The notes: generated by a model from the letters alone, not told the origin. 64,000 nt of DNA from Tubulanus polymorphus (GCF_964204645.1 NC_134033.1:13214655-13278654), one strand, 5' to 3'. Shown: positions 45,901 through 60,900, numbered from the stretch's first letter. Numbers and translations are program-made.

Positions 45901-48900
45901 AGATACGAAATCAAAAGGATAGTTCAGATAATCTTCATACTTAGTTAAACATAGCTTTGCATGATTTGTAATAATTACATAGTTCATTGTGTATATTCAT
46001 ATTGGTCTTTATTCCATTAATCTTAGAAATAGTGATTCATTTTATATTTCCTGAGAGTGAAAATGATTTAATGATTTGCATAGCCTAAATGTTCAAAATG
46101 GAGAGCGTAGTCAGTTAAACAGTTGCAACTTTTTTAAAGGCAGTTGGAACGTAATTAGTTTGGACTCGCCCAGCAAGTTTATGGGTTTCGAATAAAGATG
46201 TTTTGAAAATGTAATATAAAGGAAAAAATAATGGCCAGCCATAATTTTGAACGTTTTAATTTTGTTTATAGCTGTTTTAACTTCTTTCGTTGTCATCCAT
46301 ATCATAAGGTTGAGTGGCTTTAACATACTTATGATCACTCAACTTCAAATCGGGGTGTTTAACAATAAAACGATTATTAAGGTGCAGCAGTGAATTTGTA
46401 GCACTTTTTTTAGTGAGGCCATAATTTCACCGGTAAAAAATTCCTGATGATGTAAATAGTAATAAATTGTACAAAATACATAGAAAATTTAAAAAAGAAA
46501 TATAAAACAATAAATAAAGAATACATACAATAAATAATATTTCAAAAAAACAAATAAAATCATAAGTATTAAAGATAAAAATAAAACCAACAAACAATTA
46601 GTTAATATTCTATATAACTCTTCGTCATCAGGAATTTTTTCTAATCAACTTAATCGAATCATTAGGTTCTTCTTTAATAGAACAACCTTCTCTACGTTTC
46701 CCAACCTATTGAGATCTTTTCTGTTGCTGTTTTAAGCATTCTATCGGCTCAGTAATAAACAAAACAAATAACCATCAACCTTAACTAAATCAAACACACA
46801 AATAACTGATGAAAGATCACTCATCCTTTTACCTAGCACACCCTGTCACTGCTGTAACTGTTAATTGTTTTAGGGATAATATATGGGAAATACATTTTAC
46901 TCTTTCTTAGAAAGAATGTTAAACAGCTATAAACGTGATAAGTTATAGTAAATTATTATTGTCATGTTTTCAAATAACTTTGTATCGAATGCTTGAAAAT
47001 CTTTAGTCAAGACAAGGTGCAGCGAAAATTCTAGTTTTCTTGTAAAAATGATGTTAATGAAAATGAAATTTAGAACGTTAAGTTAATACTAAGCTTTCCA
47101 CGATAACTTTGTAGGATTTGTCTCCAGTTTTAATGCTTTTATGTTGAACTGTTTTTCGAATACAGGTCACCCATTAATTTTGTTCATGAAGAACTAACAT
47201 GATAATGGGTGTATAGACTCCATAATTTATAGCTTAAATACGCCCATGGTTTGCCTGTTTTTGTACATGTTTACAGTCCTCATGTGTGAGGAACTTGCAT
47301 TATAATTCCTCGAGCACATACCTGGCTTTTTATATAATTGTTGTATGTATGAGAATAAATTGAGATGTGTTAAATTTATTATGAGGAACTCTGATTGTTT
47401 CTTAACCAGTCGGTTGTTTATCTTTTTTTTCAACCCTTTATTCTGACCAACTGGTCCAGAGACGAGCTTAAACACGTTCGAAATTCAACGGCAGTACCAA
47501 TACGACTTCGCACTATACATCAGACCCGTTGACAGTTGTTGATGCTAATTCATATTACTGGTTATAGACGTGGTCTTATTACAATTCAAAAAGCCACCAT
47601 TTTGGATCTACCAAAATCCATCATGGTGCCACCCACCTTGCTGACGTCACTAGCCATCGACCAAAACAAGCTTTTAACCTTTTTTGCTAGTTGAATAGAG
47701 CACTATTCAAACTCAGAACCTTAAGTATTAAGAAAGATGTCACTCTACCTTTGGTCTATTCATTCAATTGTCTAGTAGTTTTTACCTATCCTTAGGTACT
47801 GTGCTGAAGTATGGAACCCATTCCAACCCTAAAAATGCTAGACAGAGAAACCTCTTGAAAATATTTGACTCGACTTCCGCTGAAAAACTTATGAAATTTT
47901 GCAAATATTCCCTAGGTCAGCAGTAAGGGGCGAACTGTTATTGCCTGTTTGAACTTTCATGAATCCATGTCGACCAAAAGCTAGGTTCAGAGGAATATGT
48001 AGACACGTGCACGCTAAACCGGGGGCTGCAACAATTAGAATTATAACCGAATTACTCATAACTCCTCAAAATGAAATACAAACATCTCATTATATTATTT
48101 TAACAGAATGTTTTATTTCTAATTTTAATAGGAATGTACTTATTTCACAAAACCAGTGGATTCATATGGTACAGTAATACAGTATATTAGCATCTTTCAT
48201 CTCGCCACTATTTACAAGACGTGGAACCTCAGCACCATATAACAAGCTTAGAGAACCAGAAATTTGATTGATCTCATGACATGAGACCATTATTCTGTGT
48301 AGAGACACTTGACATAGCCTACGTAGTACATGTAGACCCCAGAAAAATCGCCAGCAAGATGTGGCACGAGTTCCACATTATTCTCGTCAATCATGCATTC
48401 ATGGAGCTAGACATAATTTTTTTTTACCAACAAGAGGACCGGCCCGTACAACCTGCTGAAGTCATGATTTGTACTGACCAGAAGAAAGTTTACAAACACT
48501 CGGCCCCAGTACGTATCTGTATCAGACCCCTTCACTCAAATGTACAAATGTAGATATACAAGTCAGGAAATGATGCTAGCTATTGGCCCTCTACAACTTG
48601 ACTAGTTTCACTGGATAAATAGATTAAAATCAACCCATAATATACGTGATATAAATAAAAATGATGAACAAAATACAATTGTATATGAAAATAATATAAA
48701 CAATGATATATCAAAATAACAAAAGTCTATGCACTGAGATTTCCATACAAGGCAAAAAACTTGCCATCATATCAGCCAACATCGCTAGTACATGTACATG
48801 TATCCACAATTTTGGTGTTTGACTATGAGCTATTTTGCGCGACAAAATATTTTCTAGACACCCAAGCCTCATCTTCCGTCAAAACTATCACCTTGTATCA

Positions 48901-49520
48901 CTATTTTCTTCAAAATCTTCTGAGGGACGCAGAACGCTCACCAGCTGCCAGCCTTTGGCACTTGCATTCTCCAAAATCATGACAGGCGGCAGTTCCTCTA
49001 TATCAAAAAAGGCACCCCTCTATGAGGCTATGCCTAGCCAATTTGATTGGTCGAAGGCGATTAACCGGTTGTAATGGACATCACCCAGTTTCCTAAAGTT
49101 CATTAGTAATGCTTCCACTCTATACACGTCTAAGAAAGGTAACAAAAATAACCCATAAAAAGATACGAACTCCGACCTTGATAGGATGGAATTATCAGAA
49201 ACTAAATATACAAGTGTAACCTCATAAGGAGCTAACTTCATAACAGTGATCAGTTTTCATATAAAAACAATAAGAGTAAGAAACAGTCTTTCCCCACGAT
49301 TTTCTAAGAATGTTTTGTCTAGGTACATCTATATACATGCATATAATTGCTTGAACTTCATAACTTGATGAAGAAAATGACTGACTCACTATCTATCACA
49401 AAAATGATGTAAATTATGTAATAACATCTCAATGAAAACATCTTATAGAAATATGAATTGTACAAAATAAGAACCGTAAAGCATCGATACACGTTCTAAG
49501 TAGCATCCTATCAGTCTAGA

Positions 49521-52500
49521 TCACTGAGTAAAGACTGATTCTCCGGGAGTCTTTACAATATTCATTTCTTCTGTTTTGTAAGCCCTCCGCTGTCGAAAAC
49601 AGTTGAATCTAGAAAAAGCCAAATGTATCTTCTATAGAAAATGAACTTCGAGCTTCCAATGCAGCTGTCAATCTGCCGTCGGTACCCGCCCCTCCAGACA
49701 ATCGCCTTTTGAGTGGCGAAGTCTAAACGACCCTTTTTTTCACAAATGATGTCTATCTAAAATTGATGGTACAGACATGACACCCTAATTCATTTTCAAA
49801 GAAAAATGTCTACATGGGTACCCTACTGCCACAGGGGGTGGCGATGCCTGGACGAACATGTTTTGGGAAAATGGTGAATGTCCGTCCAACATCTGAGAGA
49901 ATGCGTACAGACAGCAGGTTGGAAGCTGCATAAATGTGGAAACTGCAACAATATCGAGGGAATGGAGACCTTAAAACAGGATTCATTCTGATAACGTGTA
50001 AAATTTGTAGTAATTACCTTTTAAGATAAATCCAGGTGACTTCACTGAATAGATTACCAATAACGAGAATAGTTAGATACACTAACACAACTAGTGAAAC
50101 ATTCATGAGAAGTTGTCGAGTGGCGTTCACGTAAGTTGATGTTGCAGATCTATATCTCAGTACATACTCGTGTTCTTCATAACTGCAAAATACATACCAA
50201 CGATTTTCAGTATTACATGATAAATATCAGCTAGTTATTCAGTATTAAATGAAAAATAATATCATACTGACCCGTTGTACAATTTAGGAATCACTTTAGG
50301 AACGCTACAGCTGGTGAATTTAGCCTGCACTGTTTCGTAACTCCAGCCTTTGCAATGATGTTCTTTACCAGACCATGCACAATACTGGTCGGTAAGTTTA
50401 GCTTCACTTTCACAATGAAGCTGATTGGATTTCTGAAGTAGTATCTGATAATGTTTCAGCCTTGCGTCCAATGATTTCTGATAGAATTTCAATTCAGCGT
50501 TGTTGATTCTGTCAGCGTTTGCCGATATCCGCGTGACGGCAACGCGATGATTTGTCGATAGAGGTGCAACCTGAAAAAGTTTCCATCAATGTACAGTGGA
50601 ACCTCTTTTATACAAATCTTGTGGGCATACCCCGGTGAGTGAATTTGTTGTATTAGACGGATTCTTGATTGATCTCAGCTGGGACATACTGGAAATCATT
50701 CTAATAAACAGGTATCATGTTTAATGGAATCGTATTAACGAGGTTCAACTGTTGATAAATCTTTGCCAAAGAGAACAAACAAGACTTTTCTTAGACCCTT
50801 CTAATGATTCACTAGATAACATTAAACATTCTCACGGAAGTTCTTTACCTTTACTTGAAATAATAAATCATCAACTTACTAATGTCCCGAAGTAACCGAG
50901 CGATTCAAGAGTATCCAATGTAACTAGGCGATCAGCGTGAGTTAGAAATATCACCACTAAACAACTTGTAAAACCAGTTGCAACTAATTTAGGTAGAAAA
51001 TCTGTACTGAATATCTGAAATGCAAACATTATAGATGGTATGGTGATGTTGTATGTTTAAAATCTATATTGAGGGGGCCATTCATAGATAGCAAAATGCA
51101 TTAACTTTTGGTTACTCACCTTCGTCCCAACTTGTTTGAATGCATCTAAACATATCTGATAATATCTCCGCATTTCGAGTTTCTCAGTTTGCGTAGGTCC
51201 GTTGGCAGTCACGCAACAATCGTAATTAACCGGGTAACCGTATAGTATCTCTGTTGCGAACGTGTGAGTGCGAGCGGCTCGATGCAACAACCATAAAACA
51301 TCCAATACAATCAATACAGCCAATACAATATTTGTATCGATGATAACGAACGGCTCTTCCGATTTCGGTGAACTTTGCGCCATGTAATGTTTATATTGCG
51401 TATCGGTATCATTCTCTACGTGGATGAGCCAAACGTTCCTCGGCAAACTGATCATCGCCGGGTTCACAGGCGTGAAGACGAAACCCGGTTTGGTGAGATC
51501 GGGAACAGGAAAATCGGCAACCCTCGGCAACGGAAGATCGGCTCTGATCTTTAAATCTATATCGATGTAGATAGAAGAGTAATCGTATTACCCGTACATG
51601 ATGACACAAGTAGGTCTGTCGATTTACGACGTACTTACCAGCGACTAAGTGGTGATAATTCAGTTCCGTTTCTAATCCGACCCAATCCATGAACTTGCGA
51701 ATCGTATAAATTCGAGAATTGGCACGCGCTGTTCGGACGCTGTCATGAATTATTCTGGCAGCCGATAGCCATTTATTATTTTCAATAGATTTGTAAGTGT
51801 GTCCTATATCCTGTATAAGATTGTAGACCGTTTCTTCAGCATAAATGTTGAACTCAGTTCTGAAAATATAATATTATATATAAGTCGTGCAAACGAGGAG
51901 TAATGGTTTCTTTTCTGGTACAGCGTGGTACAACCTCTACGAATAGAGTAAATTCCCACATACAGCGTACTGGACAACAACAAAAAACACGACTATATTG
52001 AACAGGTAATGATAATATGCCAGTTGGTTTAAAAAGCATCCAAGTACCACTTGTAAACATCTAACAAAAGAGAAAAATTACCTAAACTGCGTGAGTTGTT
52101 GGGATAACTGTTGTATAGATTTTTGAGCATGCTCTATCGCAACTTTTCCAAGAATTAGTCGAGCCCGGCTTTTTGCACTTCTATCGGGGATTTTATTCAT
52201 TGCCTATAAAATGAGAAAAGTTTTAAGCTAGACTTTCGAAGATGAAGGCTTCAGATGGAAATGGGAGAGAATTTTTAGTTGTTTAGAGGGAGTATAATAC
52301 ATGTAAATCATGTGCATATCATAGGTTCCATTTTGAATAGCAACAGTCGATTAGCCAGAAAAGTATGCAATAGTCATACGCAAGAAGGGCGATGCGTACT
52401 TAGAAATCTAGATCTCATACCTGTTCAAAGGATTTATGCATAATCGCCATGTGCTTTTCACATGTTGTCTTTATTTGTTCAGCAACCAGGTTCTGTCTGT

Positions 52501-55136
52501 TAAGTTCCCCAACGACGAAAGACTGAATTTTCTTGATCTCCGTTTCCTGGTGAGATGCAATGAGCTCTCGATGACGAGGGTATTGTTGTAAAATGTTGAG
52601 GGCATCACTGTTTATAGCTTTCGTCAACAGGAACAGCGCAGTCAGTGTCATCAGCAATGAAAAGGCTGTTCGATAACCCATGTACAACACAAAGATTACG
52701 AGGTGACTCAACTTGAAATTATTGTCCTTCTGTATGGGGAAAGCTGAAATTAGAAAAGTTGCTGAAATTGAGACTTCATGATCAAGATTGTCCGAATACA
52801 TTCTACGCTAATATGGTTATAAGGGAAACCAGCCAACGACCTACATTTCATACTTTCAAACCACAGGATGGATAAAAAGCATGTCATGACCCAATTAGGG
52901 GCAACAGCATACCATGAATTCATGCGACACATAAACGATAAAAATGAAATGTTTAACTCACGTGATGAGACAAGATTTCCGATGAAAAGAAGAAATATCA
53001 ATACGCCAGCAGCAACGAGTCCAAAACTGATCATATTTTGTGGCAAAATCATCGGTAATATATGCTCTGGCAACTCACGAGAAATGGGAACTGTTATGAG
53101 AAGAAAATAATTCATAATTATATATAAAAAAGTCCTAATTCAGCGAATAAGGACAGCAATGATAGAATATGTTCCGAGTGGCCTAAAAATGATTTAATTC
53201 CATCGTAAGTCAGAACATCTAATTCCCTGCAATTTTCATATGATGCCAAAACCGTCATTTATAATATGAAATGGTTTAATTGGATGAGTCTTATCATTTA
53301 TATATAATTCTTTTTTCCTTAACCACACATATTGGAAAATTCATTTATTCACCTTTGATTGGTTCTTGTATTTGTTCAGCCGAATGAAACAATGTCAAAA
53401 CCACTTTTCCTTTCTTGTCGTCGATTTCAACTTGATATGTTTTGTTGACACCTTTTTCTCTAGCTGGTATTGAATACAGCAAGTCGAATTGCTTCGGACA
53501 TTGCACGCCAATATCGTGGTAAAACAGATTTACCTTCGGGTTTATTTTGTCCGATATCTTGACTTTGAAAGATCCTGAAATGTATGAAAAATATCTCATC
53601 TAATATCATCCCACAGCTTCAGACATCACGAGCATTCGACCTGTACTAGAAATTAAACAATCGCCTCAACGCCTGTTTACTTACCGGGACACTTTTTAAC
53701 TTGTCCTTTTATTTCTACAACCCATGAATTAGGATTTATCAGAAGACTCCCAGCCAACGTATCCCTTCTAACGAATGTTGGTTTATGGAATGTTTCGATA
53801 ATAGATGTGTCTCCTTCAATGGCAAAATTTAGATACGGAGAATCCTTCCGATTCAATATACGATAAAGGCCATGCTGAAGATACTGAACGTTGAGATCTT
53901 GTAGCGGTTTAAATGGAGATGTATTCGCTAGGACTAACTGCTCCATAATAGTTTCATTACATTTGTAGTTGCCTAAAAATGAAAGATAAAAACAAATATA
54001 ACAATGACTTTTGAAGAAATTATGACGTTTTTGAGATATATCAAACTTACCCCAGTTTTTGGAATTGATGGCAAATGGTTTCAGTGGCTTTACTTTGAGT
54101 GGACTACCGGAAACAGTAACTCGAGCATCTTTCAGTAATGAACCAGAATTGTCATAATATCCAGCACGAAACACTTTACTGTCAACATCACCTTCTACCA
54201 ACGATGGCTGTGGATCAACTTTGGACCCATATCTGACCGTCAAAAAATTGTGCCTGAAAAAAAAAACAATATCGATAGAAAATTCATAAAAACATGTCAC
54301 ACATTGTTAGTTCTTTTTGGATTTATAAAATCTCAAGGCCAGTGATGGGTCATTGAAGCAGTAACTTTTTGGTTATAATTTGGGTCAATTGCATGTTGTG
54401 CACGTCATCGTAGGCTACATTCCTTTCCACATAAAACATGTTTACAAGTCATACTGAGCGATAATGAAAATGGCAATAATCATAATAACGATCGGCTCAT
54501 CAGATATTGGTGAGGATATCAAATGTAAGCATTGTGGTAGCAACGGGCAATATCTGTTAATCTTCCTTTACGAAACATGAATTCAACTTACAATTCCTTG
54601 GTATCCGAAGCATAGCCTCCACTCTGCCTTTTGGTGAGGTTATACTTTTTTACGAGCTTACCATCCTTGTACAATTTATAGTCCAGATCGAACAAAATCT
54701 GGTTCTGCTCGGCTTCGACGTGACAGGTGAACTTCGTCAATTTCTTCGAGAAAATCGGCTTCAGTTTGAATTCTGCTATATTTCCACTGATACACCTAGA
54801 TCATTAGATAAAATATGATTGAACGTGTCTAGAACTGTGCGTGGACGACTTTGACTTGGTAGCGGTTAATTTTTTCCATAGAATAATGTTAGACGTACAT
54901 CACGATAAGGTTTATAATCTTACCTCGTTGGTTTACAATCTTTCGCGTAATATCCACTGCACACATTGGTGCAATTTGCCAATGCACAGCAACTATAACA
55001 ATGCTCCAACCTTGGTGAATAACCATTATCAGATTCATCGGCAGTTACTGCGCATTGATTGTTCAAAGGGTGATTTTCAATCATGGCGCCGCATTGGTTA
55101 CTGCACGTTTGACAGCCAGCACCGAGCCGATCACAC
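49521..55136 (-). CDS. Uncharacterised multi-pass membrane protein with a Cys-rich/beta-rich ectodomain, about 14 exons, 5' end unresolved
   Basis: The splices I checked are in phase: CDRLGAGC...CYSCCALANC (55136-54924) to CISGNIAEF...; QEPIK|VPISRELP...FGLVAAGVLIFLLFIG (TM) to HLVIFVLYMGYRTAFSLLMTLTALFLL (TM); later IVLAVLIVLDVLWLLHR (TM); terminal VTWIYLKR|FNCFR...SVFTQ* at 49521. Confidence 0.75.
50594..50751. mobile_element. Tc1/mariner(pogo)-type MITE
   Basis: TA|CAGTGGAACCTC ... GAGGTTCAACTG. Confidence 0.6.
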
Positions 55137-57772
55137 CTAAAAACGATGCAATTGAGAAAACCGATGAAGTCCAAAAAATTACTACATATTGTCTCATAAA
55201 CTTTAAATTATTTCTAAACTCATCCTTTGCATCTGAATCAAATAGAAATTATACCTTATAAATGTGTAACATAATCGTTTCTTTTCTTAAGTAGGCACTT
55301 ACAAACTTTACAAGAAAACATAGCAACACATATATCAGGGAATTAGGTTGACAGGTAACGATTGACGAATGACAGTGGCAAACTATTTGAAACTTAGTCG
55401 ACAGTTCAATCCTCAAACTCCTCCATAAGCAAATGATAACTGATGCATTTCAAAAGAAATCAATCATCATTTGAAGAACAAAAAATAACAATGAAGATAG
55501 AAAACTACTAACTATTACTCTGCAACGGAGCCAAGTAGGTATTTCGAGATTAAAGGAAAAAGAAACATAGAAGAGCTGTCACAGCGATAGGACAAGATGC
55601 TGGGAATATTACAATTATAGAATCGAAATCTTCAACTTCATATTCACACCATTGAGGAAATATGATAAACCATCTAAACAGGCTGTATTGAATACTTTTC
55701 TGTCTGACCGATGGGAATGCCGGTATTGTACATGATCAGTCTGCATTCATGATATTTTGCTGGATATCTGGACAATTCAAATATTGATCGGGATGAAATT
55801 ACACTCTCTGGTGGTAAGATGAATCAGCAGCTTAAAAGGTGTACATTACAATATGTTGATAGCCAACCAGTGATCAAAATCCATCAAGCATTGGTGCACC
55901 GTGCACTTCCTTGAATGATACAACAGGTCCTTGCTCCCATAGTCTGCATGCTGTTGATTTTTTTTGTTATTCCCGTTTTTGTATTTCAGGAGTAGGTTTT
56001 CTCCAACAATCTCTCACCAGTTGTGGCTGGATCGAATTTTCAGCTAGTTATCTGGTGTCAGACAGTGACACCGATGGAAACATCAAAAGATCATCCGTCT
56101 ACGCTCAGCTTGTAACTTCGCTGTTTTCTACCGATACAACTTCCATACCAGTCACGCCGATCGTAACGCTATTGAGCTGTTTTCTTCTTCCGATAAGCGA
56201 GAAGTTTTATACTGGTGATATCTCACCGTAGAATCATCGAAATGTCAATTATCGTAGTTGCGGAGAATAAACCATGTTGTAGATGCGAGCACCGCCGCGC
56301 CGCACAAGGAATTCACCAATGATTGTCTGCTTCAACCTCATTACTTCTGACTACAATAAATCGCACTTATCACAATTTTTGAGACTGCATGAACATGAAA
56401 ACAAATCAGTGAATGGTTAGGCATAAAAGTTGCTAGACACAACACCGAAAGATAATTCAATTATTATGTACGCACCGTGTGAAAAAGCTCGCAGAAGCTT
56501 CAGATGGAATATTTATCACGCTCCATTAATATGCTTACGGAGCGGATGTTAATTGTTTTGTATTTGCTTCACATAAGAAGAAGAGGCGTTTGCGTAAATA
56601 GGAGTGGATGGCTATAAAGTGTATCGTACATACTAATTGAATGATCCCGAAAATAGCGAAAACATCGCGTGTAACTGAAGACATAAAAGATGCAGGGGAA
56701 GCACATCAATAATGAGAAAATACATTCTAACATTGATTCATTGCCATGATCTAACCTGAGATTCCCACATATTCAGGCCGTTTATACCGTACACAAAAAG
56801 CTTCATTGTAAATTCTATCGACATATTCAACTTTAGTTCTGTAAAAGTTTCGTGACGTAATGCCAAATTTTTCGACGTTTTAGATTTTTCCCGATGGTGA
56901 AATGAAACTATTTGACGAAAAAGACGGTGATTTTGATAGTGATCACGATGATGCAGATGATTATTCTGACAATGGCAATGATGTGGAAAATAGGAAACGT
57001 TCGAAACTTTAACAAAATGCACCTTTCATTTTCAGTAAATACACTTAGTACAGAGCAGTGTATTACACAATGATTCATAGCAGATATCACTTTTTATTTG
57101 TCATCAAAAGTGTTGAGCAACTACATCACAGTTGGTGACGTGAACATTTGTTTTGCATTTTGTGTGCGGGTTTCATTTTGTAGCGCGTGCTTCTTGTCTG
57201 TGAGCTTTGTAGTCTAATTGGTGAATGAGTAGGATGCAGTGGCCATCTTTAACCCCCTCCCGGATGAGCGCATTTACATAAAAAGCCAGGGTTTATATTG
57301 ATAAGTTCTAACTCCTACAACAGCGGATAAAATATGTACGTAGTTTGGTACAATGAAAAACGATACAAAACACCTAAAGTGGGAATACAATCACACACTC
57401 TGTCAGTATCACAAACGTGAGGACACATTCCTGAGGGTGACAAACATTCCGGCCAATAGTCTCATGTAAATAGAATGCACATAGTGTTAAATTCACTGAA
57501 TTATAAGCCATCAGAAATGTTTTTTATATGTTAAAGACATTCTTAAGAAAAACAGGTTTTTTAAACATACTTTCGACACTATCTAAACTAATATCTTTTT
57601 GGGAACAAACGTTAAATTGTACCTTACTTTTACATTTGATAATCTGCTTATGGCTGAAAATATGTATTGTACTTGTACCAACAACTGAAGAAAAACACTA
57701 GAAATAGTTTTAAAACCCATGCTTTAATTTCGAAATAAAGATTCGTAGAGTAGCCTGGTGTTAACCGGGTTT

Positions 57773-57963
57773 AGAATAAATAACATGACGAGTAGTACTA
57801 TATAGGTTAACTGTTTATTTGATGCACAGGCTTTTGCTACTGATGTATAGAAGCTTCATCAGGTGAATGAGTCAAGCTAAGCTTCTATACATTAGCAACG
57901 AAAGCGTGTGCATCAAATAAAATAGTTAACCTATGTAGTACTACTCGTCATGTTATTTATTCT
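57773..57963. repeat. ~190-bp palindrome, probably an inverted pair of Penelope-type pLTR fragments with a decayed hammerhead core
   Basis: ~85-bp arms. Minus strand: CAC-CTGATGA-AGCT...AGC-AAAAGCCTGTG...AATAAA. Plus arm: ...CGAAAGCGTGTG...AATAAA. Confidence 0.6.
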
Positions 57964-60900
57964 GAAATAAAGTAAAAACCAAGTTGCATCAAAAAAAACA
58001 ATGAACGAAGCTTAATGTAATGTATTTTCTTTCCTATACGTGGGGAACATGGAGTCTTGTGTAGTGAGTATGCATACTAGGTCTTCAGATCAATGCATAA
58101 ACCTTATGGATTCATATCACTGTGGTGACAGTTGGCGCCCGGTATAGCTGTCTAACTGTCAGCATTACTAAATCTCATCAGTCACTGAAATCTTGAAATT
58201 TACTTCAACTCATTCGAACTGTCATGATGACATTCAAACACTGCTGAACACAGTACTCGAGCAAAAAGAAAAATTTCACTCTAAAAAAACCTCGAAAATC
58301 AGAAAATGTGAATGCACGAATATGAAAAATTTGGTTAGATTAAGGCAATTTCAATCACAGCACATTTATTCGAGATCATAGAAATAATGAATATGGCATG
58401 CAAAAAATGTCGCATTCTACGATCAAATAAAAATTCAAGTTCCAATAGATAAATCCATGCAAATGGTTTTCACGAAATCTCAAGATGCAACAAGATACTA
58501 TTAACACCACTATACAGTATAGTCATTAGTCATAAAATTCCAATACCGATGATTTTAGTCCCATTAAAAGCTGACAATTATAATGAATATAACTATCCAA
58601 GCATTAGATGGTTATTTATGCCCCCGACTATGCCAATGTTGTAAAACATTTCAAAAAAATTATATAAAAATATCAACAAAATAAGTCATTTCCCTAAATG
58701 AATAACAAAATTTTTTCTAAAGATGAAAAAAATCTTTTCGTATAAATAAAAGGGACCATTCTGAAGGATGATTAACCCCTTTTCGTGTCCAATTTCTTAT
58801 ATACCGAAAGGCTCATTTACCTGACTATCTCGGAATTGGCTTCGCCTAACTTAATTACCAGCATTCAGAAGAGTTTCTTCTATCTTGCTTTAATCTCCAA
58901 TATCAGAGATTTTTTTCTTCCCCGATGAGGAAGAGCTGCTGTACATGTCTTGTAGATTTTTATTCGATCTTTAAGAGCTGGTAAGCTATTCTCGGACATA
59001 GAACACAATCGAAAACATGGTATTCTTACCATAGCCCCGGGTATATAGGAAAAAGGACGTATTGATTTCCAAGTCAATGATTATTCCGAAAGCTTGCGTT
59101 ATTAATGGGACTACGTTTTTGTTTTTAGAGAACTATTCTAACATATATATTATAATATTTATGTATATATAGACATATAGTTATGATACCAAGTCCTCTC
59201 CAGGGTCGGGCTAAATATAGAATTGAAAAAACCTGGTCAAAAACACAACATACGTATGGTGATCAGGTTTCGTTGCAGCACATAATATCATACAATAGCA
59301 TGGAAGAGAACATTAGTTTATCAGAATTATTTTTCTTCGTGGCGTACTGAATTCTAAACTAGTCGAATGTTAGATGACAAAATGAAAAGAAATATTCAGA
59401 ACCACGCGTACTCTACCAACCAGCATATTTCATTGGACGCTGGCTTCATCTGTTACAACAATATGTATTACTACTGTTTTACGGTCGTTCGCTGAATAAG
59501 CCCATCACTCAAAGAGGACTGGCCCTGATAATAGCAAACCGTAAAACCATTCCCTATCGCCATTCTGGTTCAATTATGGCAGGAAAACCGATCTTTCCTC
59601 CTCTATATAAGTGTCAGTATTTTAGATGTTAGGCCTATCATTATAACTACACATGAATAAGATACAATTCTGCGAATATTAATAATACTGAACTAAATTT
59701 CTTTCTAAAATATTAAGGACATTAGTTTTTCATTAGTAGCAGCAGTAGTACATGTAGTAGTATTGGTTCAAGCATTTTAGCACTGGATAGTACGTGCCTA
59801 CCTTTTATCAACGTCAAAGAAATTACTGAAAGTATGCATTCATTGAGTTCATTTTATGTATCATTCTCAAAAGCTCATCTGGTGTACATGAACTAATAAC
59901 AAGGGGAAGTACAATATTGCCTGTTCAATCTTCATGAATATGGAGGGTACATGAAAATTTTGGATCAAGAGTTGAAAGATTGACTGCCGAGCCATGCTAT
60001 TATATTCAGAATAGCGTATATATTCACTATTGGCTATCAGAGAAGGCAACCAGTCAGCTATCTAGAAAACCTACATTAACTAGCAGGATATCTTGCTCCA
60101 AGAGACAAATACGCTTGATAATGGATGAATTATGAATGATGATGGTTGTGAATGCATTTAACCACTGGAGCGCCGCCGCCCCAAGCTTGCTAGAAATAGA
60201 CCCCTTCGATCCCCAGCACTGGCGATACATTCAGTAGCGATATGTTGTGGAATGTGATTTTATAAACATTGACTGTCTGAAAAATAATAATGGCAAAAAT
60301 GGGGTTTCTTAAAAACCTTAAAAATACCAAAGGCAAAAACCATATACTTTGCTTGCAACATATGATATCGTTTTATAATCATCGGCGATCAAAAGCTCTC
60401 AAAAGCTAAATAGAATAACTTTATACGGTCATCATTCGAAAGGCCTGATCTGAAGATGCAAGCGAGCAGCATGTGTATATCGAAAACCAGTCATGCAGAG
60501 TAAACATACAAGCAAGTTCCTTTCTCACAAGTTGTAGATGCTAAAACCCATCCTTTTTCCATAATAAAGTGGCTGCAAATATCAGATAAATCAAGATGAC
60601 AACTAAGTTGAATGAATACTTGGACGGGCGGGGGTAACCGGTAAGGCATCGTGGGTTTTCAATCGACGTTGAATCTTGTCGAAAAAATAAAACTACATAC
60701 AATCTACAGATATGATAAAACAGAAAAATACGAATTTCAGTAAGATATGAGACCGCCAATGGAATTCAACGACATCTTTAAAATGGACCGTAGCTGGATG
60801 CCTTTAAGGCTCACAACATCTACTCAGGGACTCGAGGATAATTACATAAACATTGTACGAAGTGCTTGATATCGAGGAACCTCGAAGGGAATGAACGATG

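Noticed and set aside
46435-46642. Inverted repeat containing CTGATGA, a possible hammerhead
   Set aside because: No stem II or correctly placed GAAA. It is only a ~16-bp IR around A-rich sequence.
47550-49250. LINE reverse-transcriptase remnants (PILRYCAEVWNP; AFDQSNW)
   Set aside because: Isolated short motifs only, too weak to annotate without a profile search.
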